Shown piece after piece: positions 37,401 through 49,400 of a stretch of DNA of 64,000 bases (position 1 is the first letter of the stretch; each line of letters begins with the position of its first letter). Source of the stretch: Macrostomum lignano. Lineage: Eukaryota. The DNA lies in the NCBI GenBank assembly GCA_002269645.1, contig NIVC01000788.1, positions 186,001-250,000 of the forward strand, in the 5' to 3' direction. The translations under genes and the position numbers were made by a program. Below the pieces are notes generated by a model. It ran no database searches. It saw only the letters and a list, made by a program, of their open reading frames with translations, and was not told the DNA's origin.

Positions 37401-40400
37401 AATGGAACCGATTGGGATTATGAATTAAACCGATTGGGATTATGAATCGAACCGATTGGGATTATGAATACATGTAGAAACGATTGGGATTATGAAATGA
37501 ACGGGTTAGGATTATGAATTCAACCGATTGGAATCATAAATGGAACCGATTGGGATTATAAAAGGAACCGATTAGGATTATGAATTGAACCGATTGGGAT
37601 TATGAATAGAAACGATTGGGATTATGAAACGAACGGATTAGGATTATGAATGGAACCGATTGGGATTATGAATGGAACCGATTGGGATTGTGAATAGAAA
37701 CGATTGGGATTATAAATGGAACCGATTGGGATTATGAATTGAACCGATTGGGACTATAAATGGAACCGATTGGGATTATGAATTGAACCGATTGGGATTA
37801 TGAATACATGTAGAAACGATTAGGATTATGAATGGAACCGATTAGGATTATGAATAGAACCGATTAGGATTATGAATGGAACTGATTAAGATTATGAATA
37901 GAAACGATTGGGATTATGAATGGAACCGATTGGGATTATGAATTAAACCGATTGGGATTATGAATCGAACCGATTGGGATTATGAATACATGTAGAAACG
38001 ATTGGGATTATGAAATGAACGGGTTAGGATTATGAATTCAACCGATTGGAATCATAAATGGAACCGATTGGGATTATAAAAGGAACCGATTAGGATTATG
38101 AATTGAACCGATTGGGATTATGAATAGAAACGATTGGGATTATGAATTGAACCGATTAGGATTATGAATAGAAACGATTGGGATTATGAATAGAAAACGA
38201 TTGGGATTATGAAATGAACGGATTAGGATTATGAATTGAACCGATTGGAATCATAAATGGAACCGATTGGGATTAAAAATGGAAACGATTAAGATTATGA
38301 ATGGAACCGATTAAGATTATGAATAGAAACGATTGGGATTATGAATTGAACCGATTAGGATTATGAATAGAACCGATTAAGATTATGAATGGAACTGATT
38401 AAGATTATGAATAGAAACGATTGGGATTATAAATGGAACCGATTGGGATTATGAATTGAACCGATTGGGATTATGAATACATGTAGAAACGATTGGGATT
38501 ATGAAATGAACGGGTTAGAATTATGAATTGAACCGATTGGAATCATAAATGGAACCGATTGGGATTATAAATGGAACCGATTAGGATTATGAATTGAACC
38601 GATTGGGATTATGAATAGAAACGATTGGGATTATGAATTGAACCGATTAGGATTATGAATAGAAACTATTGGGATTATGAAATGAACGGGTTAGAATTAT
38701 GAATTGAACCGATTGGAATCATAAATGGAACCGATTGGGATTATAAATAGAAACGATTGGGATTATGAATTGAACCGATTAGGATTATGAATAGAAACGA
38801 TTGGGATTATGAATAGAAAACGATTGGGATTATGAAATGAACGGATTAGGATTATGAATTCAACCGATTGGAATCATAAATGGAACCGATTGGGATTATA
38901 AATGGAACCGATTAGGATTATGAATTGAACCGATTGGGGTTATGAATAGAACCGATTGAGGTTATGAATAGAAACGATTAGGATTATTAATTGAACCGAT
39001 TGGGATTATAAATGGAAACGATTAGGATTATGAATAGAACCGATTAGGGTTATGAATAGAAACGATTGGGACTATGCTTAGAACTGGTGAATTATAAAAA
39101 ATGATGAGGTTATACATGTAAATACAGCCTATAAAGTTGAGAAGAGAACAAAAATGATGGTGAAAAAAACTGGTTGATCCGCCGGTTGGGACAAGAGAAC
39201 AAAGGAAGTGAGAACTGCCAAAGCATAGAGCAGAGAGCTGTGAGCAACAGGACTCAGTAAACGCCCGCGTACACTCTCAACACTGGCGCCTCCACGGGTG
39301 GTCGGCAAGGCCACCTAAGCGCTGCCGGATTCTTGAGAAGTAAAGAACAAATATTGACTACTGTGGCAATAGCGGCAGCATCGTACAACATTCTGGCGGC
39401 CCGTCCACACTAAGGACCAAGTCATTCTCAATGGGCTAAGCTGTCTCTCAGCCTCCAGCTCCTGCATCACATATTGCAATACTGGTTTCAGCGGAAGCTG
39501 ATTCAAGTCTTTTTGTCTCATAAAGAGAGAGAGAGAGATTTTTAAGGGCGGAATCAAACCCTACAATGTACTGTCAAGTCCTCAAGTCACACTGAAGAGT
39601 CACACTAGCAACATTAAAAATAATAATCATAGTAATAATTGATTACACCTGCCCTAATTGGGCCAGAAGTGCAACCGACAGCTCAGCCGCAGCTATTGCG
39701 CGGCCCACCTGAAGGCTGCGTACGGGCTGTTCAGTCCAAGGACTGGAGGGTCGCCACACACACCCTCAATTACCCCAGCTAATGCTGGCACCCATTTTAC
39801 AGCTGGGTGAACTGAAGCAATGCGGAGTTAAGTGCCTTGCTCAAGGACGCAAATTGTTCCAAGTGGGATCGGGAATCGAACCCCCGACCTTCAAGTCGTG
39901 AGTCCAACGCTCTAACCAGTAGGCTACAACTCCTTGGAGCAGACACAGAACACAGTGCTTTTACTAACTGCTAACAATCAGCTACGTATTAAGAAAGCAA
40001 AAGCTGCATAACAAAGGCCCAGCTACTAACTGAGACAATTAGACCCTCAGTTATGTGATTTCTCTTCTTTACCGCATAGACTAGCAATTTTTGCGCACAA
40101 ACTGGAGTCCCGAAAGCGAGCCGTCTAATAATAAAATCGATAATAAAGAAAGAAGGATACAAAAAAGTGAGATAGGATATAAAAAAGCACCGGATGTTTA
40201 CGCCGTCATAGCTCAGGTAAAAACTGGCATTTCAGAGCCGGACACTTGGAGGGACGCTACAGACAGGGCCTGCGGGGTCTTTCAAAGCCGAGACCCCAAT
40301 GCTGGGTTGGGGGCTGCAGTTGGGAGGAAATTAGATGCCTTCCATTCCCCCGGGGGGAGTCGCTAGGAAATGATCTGTTGCGCTACTGGCAAGAGGAGGC

Positions 40401-43400
40401 TGCTTAAAGGAGACGATAACTCCACGCACCCACTTACTCAGGTTGCTCTGAGCACCTTTGATTATCGTTCTTAGGCAGGTAGCAGTTGCCTTGCCTAACC
40501 ATCTTCTTCTCGTCTGCTTTCAATGATCTCCTGCTCTCACACTATTGCTGCTTCAGAAGCAGCCCGGGCAACGAAAGGAAGGAAGGAAGGAAGAAAGGTG
40601 CTTCACTCCTGATCTCATAGAAGTGGCACCCTCACTCTTGAACTGGGCCACCTGCGTGCCTTCTCGTGTATCCAGTATGTAGGGAAAATTAAAAAGCAAC
40701 CGTTTCTGACTGTGTGGTAAATTGACTACAACTTGCTGCAACACTTAAATTTATCCCATTCTTTGCCAGAAAAGATGTACTTTTCCCAGTGTAGTTAAAC
40801 CCTTAACCGTAAAAACCAGATGCGGATATTAAAAAAGCAAGACATTTTATTCAAAAATTCGAGCAGCAACCTGCCATGCACAGACGCGTATTCGGCTGCA
40901 AAGGTCTCCTAAATAGCCACTCTTCAGACTGGGTAAAACAGGCAGGGCCAAGAGCACTTGAACGGCAAGAAAATGAGAAGAGAAGGCTAGATTTTAATAG
41001 AGAGGGAAAAAAGAAGCGAAAGAAAAAGCCCAGACTCGAATAGGAAATTTGAAAATCCCAATCTTCCCATACGGTTGCCACTTCAGCGGCGGCAGTCACG
41101 GCCAGCCAGTCTGTTACCTGGCAAAGCCGCTGGCTGATCAGGCCGACCTCCTCGGCGCCCAAATCCATCACGGAGGCGACAACGGCAGCGGTTGATGCGG
41201 CTATCATGTTTGGCGAAACAGACGACATTGCTTGTCCCTGTTGATTTGCTGAAGGCTGCTGCTGCTGCTGCTGTGGCTGATGAAGCGACGGCGAAATCTG
41301 CTCGTAGTCGACGGGCATTGAGTTTGAAGCGGCAGCCGCCGCGGCGCCGGCAGAAGCGGCCGAATTGACGATGCCGTAGAGCAGCAGCGCGGTGTCCCTG
41401 GCTGACAGGTAGGCGCGGCGGGGACTCTGCGGCGCGCTGCTGCCGCTGTTGGCGCCGCTGCTGCAACAGCTGGCGCGGCTCTCAGCATCGGCTTCAGCGG
41501 CCGCGGAGACGTCGGCGCTAACAGAGACCGACGGCTGAGCGGGCGGCGGTCGGCGCTGAATAGACGAAGCCGTCAGGCTGGAATGCCTGGCCGGGGAGCC
41601 GCCGCTGGGCCGCCGGAGCTGCTCGCGACTGTCCGAGTAGCAGGCCGACAGCCGGTCCAGAGCGGCTCGGGGCACCCACCGGTGCGCCGGCGTCGAGGCA
41701 GCCGTGCCGACGGTGGGAGTTAAAGTGGTAGTGGCCGCCACCGCTGCCCCGGCCGCTGTGGACGCTGGCTCGCGAATGGAAGGAGTAGGCGTCACCAGCG
41801 CCGCGGCGGTCGTTGCCGCTGCAGAGTCACCCCCGCACCGGCTGTGGTGCAAGGAGGACAGCATCAGCGGAGGCAGCGACTGAAACAGGGAATCGTCGAC
41901 AGCCGATTGGCAGGGCGCCGCCGCGGCGCTGAAGATGTTTGGCTGGCTCTGATGGCAGGTGCACTGGTGCAGCAGGGGGCGCAGGGTGGAGCATAGATTG
42001 TCCCAGGAGGCTGCCACCGCCAACAACCGCTGATCTGGCGGGGGCGGCGGTGGCTGCTGTGGTGTCTGAGGAGGCGGCGCAGCGCTGCACGTGCAGGTGT
42101 ATGCGAGGTTCTGCGGCGGCAGATGCGCTTGCGGCTGGTGCTGCTGGTAGCAGCCGCCGGCTCCGCTATGACAGGTGCAGGTCGATCCGGCGCCATTTGA
42201 CGCAACTGAGTGCAGCGAGTTGGCTAGCGCGGTTGGCCAGACCACAGAGGCTGAGGCCAGCTGGGGACAGGCTGCGGGATAGTGCTGATCGGCAAACTGC
42301 TGTGGCGGAGGCGGCGGCGGCAGCTGCGAATGCTGCGCTGGGCAGGGCAGCTCAGCGGTGGCGGAGGCGGCCGAGGACTGTTGGGAAACTTTGACTGCAC
42401 CGCAGGCTTCTAAGGAGATGCGGAGCGCTTCGGCCAGGCGAACCCAGTCTAACTCCGGCGGCTGTTGCTGGGCCTGCTGCTGCTGCTGCTGTGGTTGCTG
42501 CTGCTGCTGATGATGATGGCACTGTTGGTCTCCGCGAAGGTCCATATTATTATTATTAGACCCAGAGAAGCAGACACAGAACGGCTAAACAGGTGCTTGG
42601 CGGTGCCGGGTCAGTCGCGCCAGATGCCGGTGCCGGTAAGCTGACAATGTCCGGGGTCCATTAATTATTCGGCCCCATCCACGCGACAGGGGAGGGTATA
42701 AGGAGGCCTGGGTCGGACCAGTGAGTATTGCTCTACAATTTTGGTGTCCGGTTTTCTCCGCTATCTGCTGGGAGGCGGCTGCGGGAATAGCTGACGAGGG
42801 AGCAGCCAGTTGAGTAAAATACGGGGCAATGGGATTGGACCGGACTGGTTAGGAGTTGTGCTCTGTTAAATTTTTAAATTGAACGAAGCTGAACTGCCAA
42901 GGAGGCGGAAAAGGGGAACGGGAAGGGAGAAGTAGAAGCGGAGCGGAGAGATGGCGGAGAGGTGGGGATCGCCTGTAGGCTGGGGATTAGCGGGCCGCCA
43001 CCCCTCGGTGAGTTGGACCGGCGCTGCTTGTCGCTCGTTCTACGGCCGCCGCCCCCAGTAGTGTGTGGGAGCAGCGGCGGCCACTTGAGCACGGAACGGC
43101 TGTTGAGGGCGAATTTGCTCACCCCTTAGGTTGCGAGGATTAACGGGAGGCGGGGATAAGGGAGAAGCGGATGCCGGGACTGGACTGGGGGAATTCCGAC
43201 AAATGGATGCGGTAGCGAGGCAGGAGGCGGGGTTTAAATTCTTCAGGCAGCTGGGACCAAGGGGACAAGGCTACGGGGGTAAGAGAGTTGAAGAGTAGAT
43301 TTCACGACAGGCCAGAGTGAAACAAGTGACTGTTAGGCAGGCTGGGAGCGCTGGAGAGTTTGAACTAAGAAAGCAATAAAGGAATAAGGAGAGGGGAAAA

Positions 43401-46400
43401 GACTATGACCAAAGCGCGCTCACAAGGGCAGCTGGAGAAAAGTATAGGGCATGGAAACGGCTGGGCCTCCCCACTCAACTCGCTATTTATATCGCCCCGC
43501 CCCTCACCCTCCTCTTTCTCTCTCTCCTATCATGCGTGTCTCCGGGACCCCTTCCTACTCCTCGTCTATGCCTAGATTCCTAGTTGCGCTGCGCAGGGCC
43601 AGACGCGCTCTTTGCCTACTAGCAGAGAGTAGCTTTGGGTCGCATAGTTTGGAGGAGACGGGAGACTTCGAAAGAGAGAGGTAGGACAAACTGACAGCCA
43701 ATAATCGCAAACGGCCTGCGCAAGGACGCGACGATAGGGCGTAGACTAAGTTAATCTGCAGGGGAAATCCGCAGCTGAAGGAACAGCTCGAAGAGCGAGG
43801 AAGGAGAAGGCGACTTAGGGGTAGACTGGGACTACCTCGGAATAGACGCAGGGGCAAGGCGAAGGAAGAAAACTGAAGCTGATTCGGAGGAGTGACAATC
43901 ACGACATCGAGATTTGATGGGGAAGGTAGGTATGGATATAGGGCCAAGTGCATTGGGAAGCTCCTCGTTCTCATTATCCATTTCCAAGAATACGCTCATA
44001 GATAATAGCGATAAGCTCACCGCGACAATCATTAACTTTCGTGTTTGCAAGCTGCTTGCACGCACATCAATAAATGAGGACTACCCTCGACTGGTGAAAA
44101 ACCACTTGGTTGTTACTCAGCAAGCTTGAAATTAATAATTATCGATTTAATACATTTCCTTGTATCAATTTTGAAGTTGGATTCGCTGGCAAGTAGCTAG
44201 TAGGAAATTGCTGCTAGGGTAACAACAACAGACAGGATGGAAATGGGAAATCGTTGGACGAGAAATGTCCATCGCAATGCGAAATCAATGCACGAAGGAA
44301 GCCAGCGAGACCTGCATGGAGCTAAATATAGTCGTCTAAGAGCGAAGCATACAGGGTCATCTAAGCCCAACCAGCGGAGGCAGCGCGCGTGTGGCGTGTT
44401 CTTGTTTCGCGATGAAATGTAAATCAATAAACAATCGGGCAAAAATCCAGACTGTGCTCGTGCGCAACACATTTCTGAGCCGGCCAGTAGCTCGGAATCT
44501 TATTAATTATTAATTATACTGACGCTTGTTTAACAGGCAGCTTACATGACCGGTAGAAAGGTTACAGAAACTAATACCTCTAGCGGAAGAAGAAACGTAA
44601 GCCTGTACTTCTTGTAGTACTAAATATTATTTTGTAGTTGACTTTCTACTGCGCACCGCTACCAAAAAGGCTTCGAAGGTAACACTTGGCGTTGAAAACC
44701 GATTTTATTTTGTTTTAAGCTTTCAAGTTGCGAATTAAGCAACATTGCACCAATAGTTTTTATGCTGCTTAATTACTGGTAGAAGCAGTAACGTAGCGCG
44801 TAATGAGCAGTTACCCGATGCCAGTGCGAAAGATGTGAACAACAAGAGTAAGCTTGCTTTCGCACTCGCGAGGATCTTACTCAGGGTGAATTCCAGCTAT
44901 CCTTTCTGGGTCAACTATTTCCCAATCATACACGGCATACGCGTAAAAGAGCAATAACGCTTCTTCATTATCTATCAACTAGACGGACAATGAACAACGG
45001 ATGTCCAAGTGATCGCGACATCTGGACGGTTAAACAATATCCGGGACGGGGTGTCTCTACAGCCACAGAATGCCGACAGTTTCCTGATCTACTCGTACCT
45101 TCGGAAATAAACTGAACTAGAAGGCATCGCTGGTCATCATCCTGAGTCTAGTTGCGTCTCCGCTCTGACAGAGTTAAATACATTCAAGTTTGATCATCTG
45201 ACAGCTGCATTGAATACATTTCAAAAAATGCACGAATAATCCCAGGAAGCTGTAACACTCATATTTATATTTATACAGATGTTTCGCTGAAGTATTCCAG
45301 AGATTCCAGAGAACCGATTCAAACGTCATAAGCACGTTTATACTAGCACTTGTCTGCATATGCACCGATGGATTTAGCTTGCATTATTTTTGTTGGCTCC
45401 ACGAACCGTTTTTTTAGCGGTGCGGTGCTGCGGAACTAGCATAGATTTTCGAGTCAGGAATAAAAAATATGCTCGCCTGGAAAAGAGTTCGCACACCACA
45501 AAATCCACAGCACTGGCACAGTGTTTGCAGCTAGCAACTCACTCGTGTATATATAGGAGTATCGATGGCGAAGGCGAGTAACAACTTACTAGTTAGTTAC
45601 AATGTGCACTCGAGTCACATTTGAGACCCTCCGGCGACGGAAAACTTGATTGATTTATCCGAAACTAAGAGCTGAGAGAGTCCCGCCCACTCTCTTCCCT
45701 ATCTCTCTCTCCCCGACTTCGGCACCGTCCAGCGAGGGGCAGCTTAGCTGACATTCTGGCTAAAGGACAGCAACCACAAACTTTACTTGACTTCTTATAT
45801 TGAAAGCGAGAAAGCTTTTCTAGGAAAGCTCAAACGTCCGATTCCAGATTCCGAATTACAAATCCAGATCATGAATCCCAGATCCTTAATTACAAATCCA
45901 GATCATAGATCCCACATCCCGAATCACAAATCCAGATCATGAATTCCAGATCCCGAATCACAAATCCAGATCATGGATTCCAGATCCCCAATTACAAATT
46001 CAGATCATGGATCCCACATCCCGAATCACAAATCCAGATCATGGATCCCAGATCCCAAATCACAAATCCAGATCATGGGTCCCACATCTCGAATTACAAA
46101 TCCAGATCATGGATCCCAGATCCCAAATCACAAATCCAGATCATGGATCCCACATCCCGAATCACAAATCCAGATCATGGATCCCACATCCCGAATCACA
46201 AATCCAGATCATGGATCCCAGATCCCAAATCACAAATCCAGATCATGGATCCCACATCCCGAATCACAAATCCAGATCATGGATCCCACATCCCGAATCA
46301 CAAATCCAGATCATGGATCCCAGATCCCGAATCACAAATCCAAATCATGGATCCCACATCCCGAATCACAAATCCAGATCATGGATCCCACATCCCGAAT

Positions 46401-49400
46401 CACAAATCCAGATCATGGATCCCACATCCCGAATCACAAATCCAGATCATGGATCCCAGATCCCGAATCACAAATCCAGATCATGGATCCCACATCCCGA
46501 ATCACAAATCCAGATCATGGATCCCAGATCCTTAATTACAAATCCAGATCATGGATCCCAGATCCCGAAAATCCAGATCATGGATCCCAGATCCCGAATC
46601 ACAAATCCAGATGATAGACCTTGTGGAACAGCAGGGGATATAGAGAGAAGCCAATGATACGCTGTTGCAGCCACTTGCGTGCCAGAACCAAGAAAGCGCA
46701 GCTGTCTGTCTGTGAGTCTTTACTCAAAAGAATTATAGATCAAAAATGGCAGCAGGCCATCTACACAAGCCCTGAAGAGAAGAAGTAGAAAAAAGTGCAT
46801 ATGTTTGATGCATAGTTCCAGTGGATAGCATTTTTACATCGATCCAAAGTTCCATGTTACAAGAGATATCAAATTTTTATTACTGACACATAATTCTGGC
46901 AGATAAGAATAATATTAATAACAATAATTGATTACACCTGCCCTAATGACCAGATGTGCAACCGACAGCTCAGCCGCAGCTATTGCACGGCACATCTGAA
47001 GGCTGCGTCCGGCTATTCAGTCCAAGGACTGGGGGTCGCCACACACCCTCAATTACCCCAGCTAATGCTGGCACCCATTGCTCAAGGACACAAGTTGTTC
47101 CAGTGGGATCGGAAATCGAACCTCCGACCTTCAAGTCGTAAGTCCGACGCTCTAACCACTAGGCTACATTCTCCCCTGTAGCAGCAATACACTACAGCCA
47201 ATAAATCAAAGGGCATCAACTGCTGACTGAATTAAACCGCAACCCAAAATAATCCTTGCTCACTTTATTACAAGGCTCTTCAATAAATCCGGTTTTGAAG
47301 AGAGCAAATACATAAAATTGGGAACAGCTGGACGCGCGCGTAGCAATTAATTAATCCGCGGCCTCGACAGTTCTGCCATCCAAAGCATTTCCATCGGTGC
47401 GACACCCACTCCTGTGAGCAGCAACTCGGCACAAAAAACTGCTCTGGTCATTCTCGCAAAGGCTGAACTAGATTGGCATTAGGAAATTGGACTGTAGTGT
47501 CCGTACGCCCGTAAATATGAGAGCACAAATTCCAGATCCCAAATCCCGAATCTGAGAACACAAATTCCAGATCCCAAATCCCGAATCTGAGAGCACAAAT
47601 TGCTGATCCCAAATCCCGAATCTGAGAGCACAAATTCCAGATCCCAAATTCCGAATCTGAGAGCACGAATTCCAGATCCCAAATCCCGAATCTGAGAGCA
47701 CAAATTCCAGATCCCAAATTCCGAATCTGAGAGCACAAATTCGAGATCCCAAATCCCGAATCTGAGAGCACAAATTCCAGATCCCAAATCCCGAATCTGA
47801 GAGCACAAATTCCAGATCCCAAATTCCGAATCTGAGAGCACAAATTGCTGATCCCAAATCCCGAATCTGAGAGCAAAAATTGCTGATCCCAAATTCCGAA
47901 TCTGAGAGCACAAATTCCAGATCCCAAATTCCGAATCTGAGAGCACAAATTCGAGATCCCAAATCCCGAATCTGAGAGCACAAATTCCAGATCCCAAATC
48001 CCGAATCTGAGAGCACAAATTCCAGATCCCAAATTCCGAATCTGAGAGCACAAATTCCAGATCCCAAATCCCGAATCTGAGAGCAAAAATTGCTGATCCC
48101 AAATTCCGAATCTGAGAGCACAAATTCCAGATCCCAAATTCCGAATCTGAGAGCACGAATTCCAGATCCCAAATCCCGAATCTGAGAGCAAAAATTGCTG
48201 ATCCCAAATCCCGAATCTGAGAGCACAAATTCCAGATCCCAAATTCCGAATCTGAGAGCACAAATTCCAGATCCCAAATCCCGAATCTGAGAGCAAAAAT
48301 TGCTGATCCCAAATTCCGAATCTGAGAGCACAAATTCCAGATCCCAAATTCCGAATCTGAGAGCACGAATTCCAGATCCCAAATCCCGAATCTGAGAGCA
48401 CAAATTCCAGATCCCAAATTCCGAATCTGAGAGCACAAATTCGAGATCCCAAATCCCGAATCTGAGAGCACAAATTCCAGATCCCAAATCCCGAATCTGA
48501 GAGCACAAATTCCAGATCCCAAATTCCGAATCTGAGAGCACAAATTCCAGATCCCAAATCCCGAATCTGAGAGCACAAATTGCTGATCCCAAATTCCGAA
48601 TCTGAGAGCACGAATTCCAGATCCCAAATTCCGAATCTGAGATCTGAGATTCTAAATTCCAGATCCGAAATCTGAGACTCCGGATTCCGATCCGAAATCT
48701 GAGACTCCGAATTCCAGATCCAAAATCTGAGACTCCGAATTCCAGATCCGAAATCTGAGACTCCGAATTCCAGATCCGAAATCTGAGACTCCGGATTCCA
48801 GATCCGAAATCTGAGACTCCGGATTCCAGATCCGAAATCTGAGACTCCGAATTCCAGATCCGAAATCTGAGACTCCGAATTCCAGATCCGAAATCTGAGA
48901 CTCCGGATTCCAGATCCGAAATCTGAGACTCCGAATTCCAGATCCGAAATCTGAGACTCCGGATTCCAGATCCGAAATCTGAGACTCCGAATTCCAGATC
49001 CGAAATCTGAGACTCCGGATTCCAGATCCGAAATCTGAGACTCCGAATTCCAGATCCGAAATCTGAGACTCCGAATTCCAGATCCGAAATCTGAGACTCC
49101 GGATTCCAGATCCGAAATCTGAGACTCCGGATTCCAGATCCGAAATCTGAGACTCCGAATTCCAGATCCGAAATCTGAGACTCCGAATTCCAGATCCGAA
49201 ATCTGAGACTCCGGATTCCAGATCCGAAATCTGAGACTCCGAATTCCAGATCCGAAATCTGAGACTCCGGATTCCAGATCCGAAATCTGAGACTCCGAAT
49301 TCCAGATCCGAAATCTGAGATTCCGAATTCCAGATCCGAAATCTGAGACTCCAAAATACAGGAAAATTCTCGACAGATCAGTCTGAGCAGATGAAGCAGA

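Noticed and set aside
40438-40502. [27 protein letters not shown] ending at a consensus donor gtaagt
   Set aside because: Phase 2, incompatible with the phase-0 exon at 31668; it would frameshift to a stop.
41083-42394. Several alternative-frame ORFs over the 564-aa ORF
   Set aside because: Shadow frames of GC-rich coding DNA; only the long frame has a start context and a phase-matched donor.
25928-42545. PDZ exon A and the 476-codon exon both begin MDLRG
   Set aside because: Codons differ (GAC TTG CGC GGC vs GAC CTT CGC GGA) and similarity stops after five residues; treated as coincidence.
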